This document shows, piece by piece, positions 63,198 through 64,000 of a stretch of 64,000 nucleotides of DNA. Within the stretch, counting starts at the first letter, position 1, and each line of letters opens with the position of its first letter. Where the stretch lies: NCBI GenBank assembly GCA_973895155.1, contig OZ316892.1:14128861-14192860 (forward strand). Direction: 5' to 3'. The notes below the pieces were generated by a model. That model saw only the letters and a list, made by a program, of their open reading frames with translations. It was not told the origin of the DNA and did not search any database. The stretch is from Marsupella aquatica (taxonomy: Eukaryota; Plantae; Marchantiophyta). The translations under genes were made by a program, and so were the position numbers.

Positions 63198-64000
63198 CTT
63201 ACTGGTGACAATCATGGTGGACCGTATTTTTTATTTTTTATTTTCTGTTTACTTTGCCACCAAAGATGCTCTATTTGGGTAATTTGACTTTTTAAATTTG
63301 TATTTACTTTACCACCAAAGATGCTCTATTTGGATAAATTGATTTTTTTAGTTTGTATTTACTTTGCCACCAAAGATGCTCTATTTGCCATCACATTTAT
63401 ATTTGTATTTATTAATAAACATGTCGACCTTTTTGTATTACAAAGGAGCCATTTGTTTTTTATGTGGACAACAAGTTCACCAACATTGGCAGTCTCTCCA
63501 GAATTACAGAACTACTGGTGACAATCATGTTGGAGGGTAATTGATTTTTTTATTTATTTACTTTGTCACCAAAGATGCTCTATTTGGGTTTTAGTTCACC
63601 AAGATTGGCTGTCTCTCCAGAATTGCAGAACTACTGGTATGGTGGAGGGTAATTGATTTTTTATTTTATCTACTTTGTCACCAAAGATGCTCTATTTGGG
63701 ATTTTCTGTTCTGATTTTTATTTAAGTTGCCACAAAATATGCTCTATTTGACCACATTTATATTTGTATAAATACGTCACTGTTTTGTATATAGACTACA
63801 GGTTCTATAACAAAACCAGAGAAACCATATCAGAAAAGTGTGGCATACTCCCTCTGGGGTTGACAGGATAGTGGTGTCTCTTCAAAATTGCAAAGCTACT
63901 GGTGACAATCATGGAGCATGGTGATTTTATTTTCCATTTTTAAAGCATTTTGTTACTAAAGATATCCTAATTGACAATATTGTCACACTTTTTTATATTT
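63198..64000. repeat. Degenerate AT-rich tandem/satellite-like repeat
   Basis: Recurrent tactttg(c/t)caccaaagatgctctatttgg and ctactggtgacaatcatg units. Confidence 0.85.

Noticed and set aside
62503-63215. Overlapping 120-216 aa ORFs
   Set aside because: Low-complexity, non-ATG or domain-less frames in the probable 5' UTR/promoter of the Cys-rich peptide gene.

Overview
Eukaryotic nuclear DNA from a land plant, with GT-AG introns and PPR genes; a bryophyte-like source is plausible but cannot be proven from this window. The left ~27 kb is a stack of transposons. (i) The end of a CACTA element (1-7573, terminus CACTAGTAGAAAT on the minus strand) carries intronless cargo ORFs, including a tandem-BRCT protein and a stand-alone EDM2-type PHD finger. 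(ii) That CACTA end truncates a frameshifted P-element-like DDE transposase. (iii) A flotillin pseudogene fragment and a decayed Ty1/copia element follow. (iv) An apparently intact, spliced Kolobok-like transposase contains a SAP-like insertion. The right part holds host genes: an At1g26460-like mitochondrial PPR, NUP35, a single-exon P-class PPR, and a 3-exon secreted Cys-rich peptide precursor. It also holds a Tourist-type MITE, a pogo-like remnant, and an unusual copia derivative with two inverted LTR ends flanked by an 8-bp direct repeat. All family assignments come from motif recognition by eye; no database search was run.
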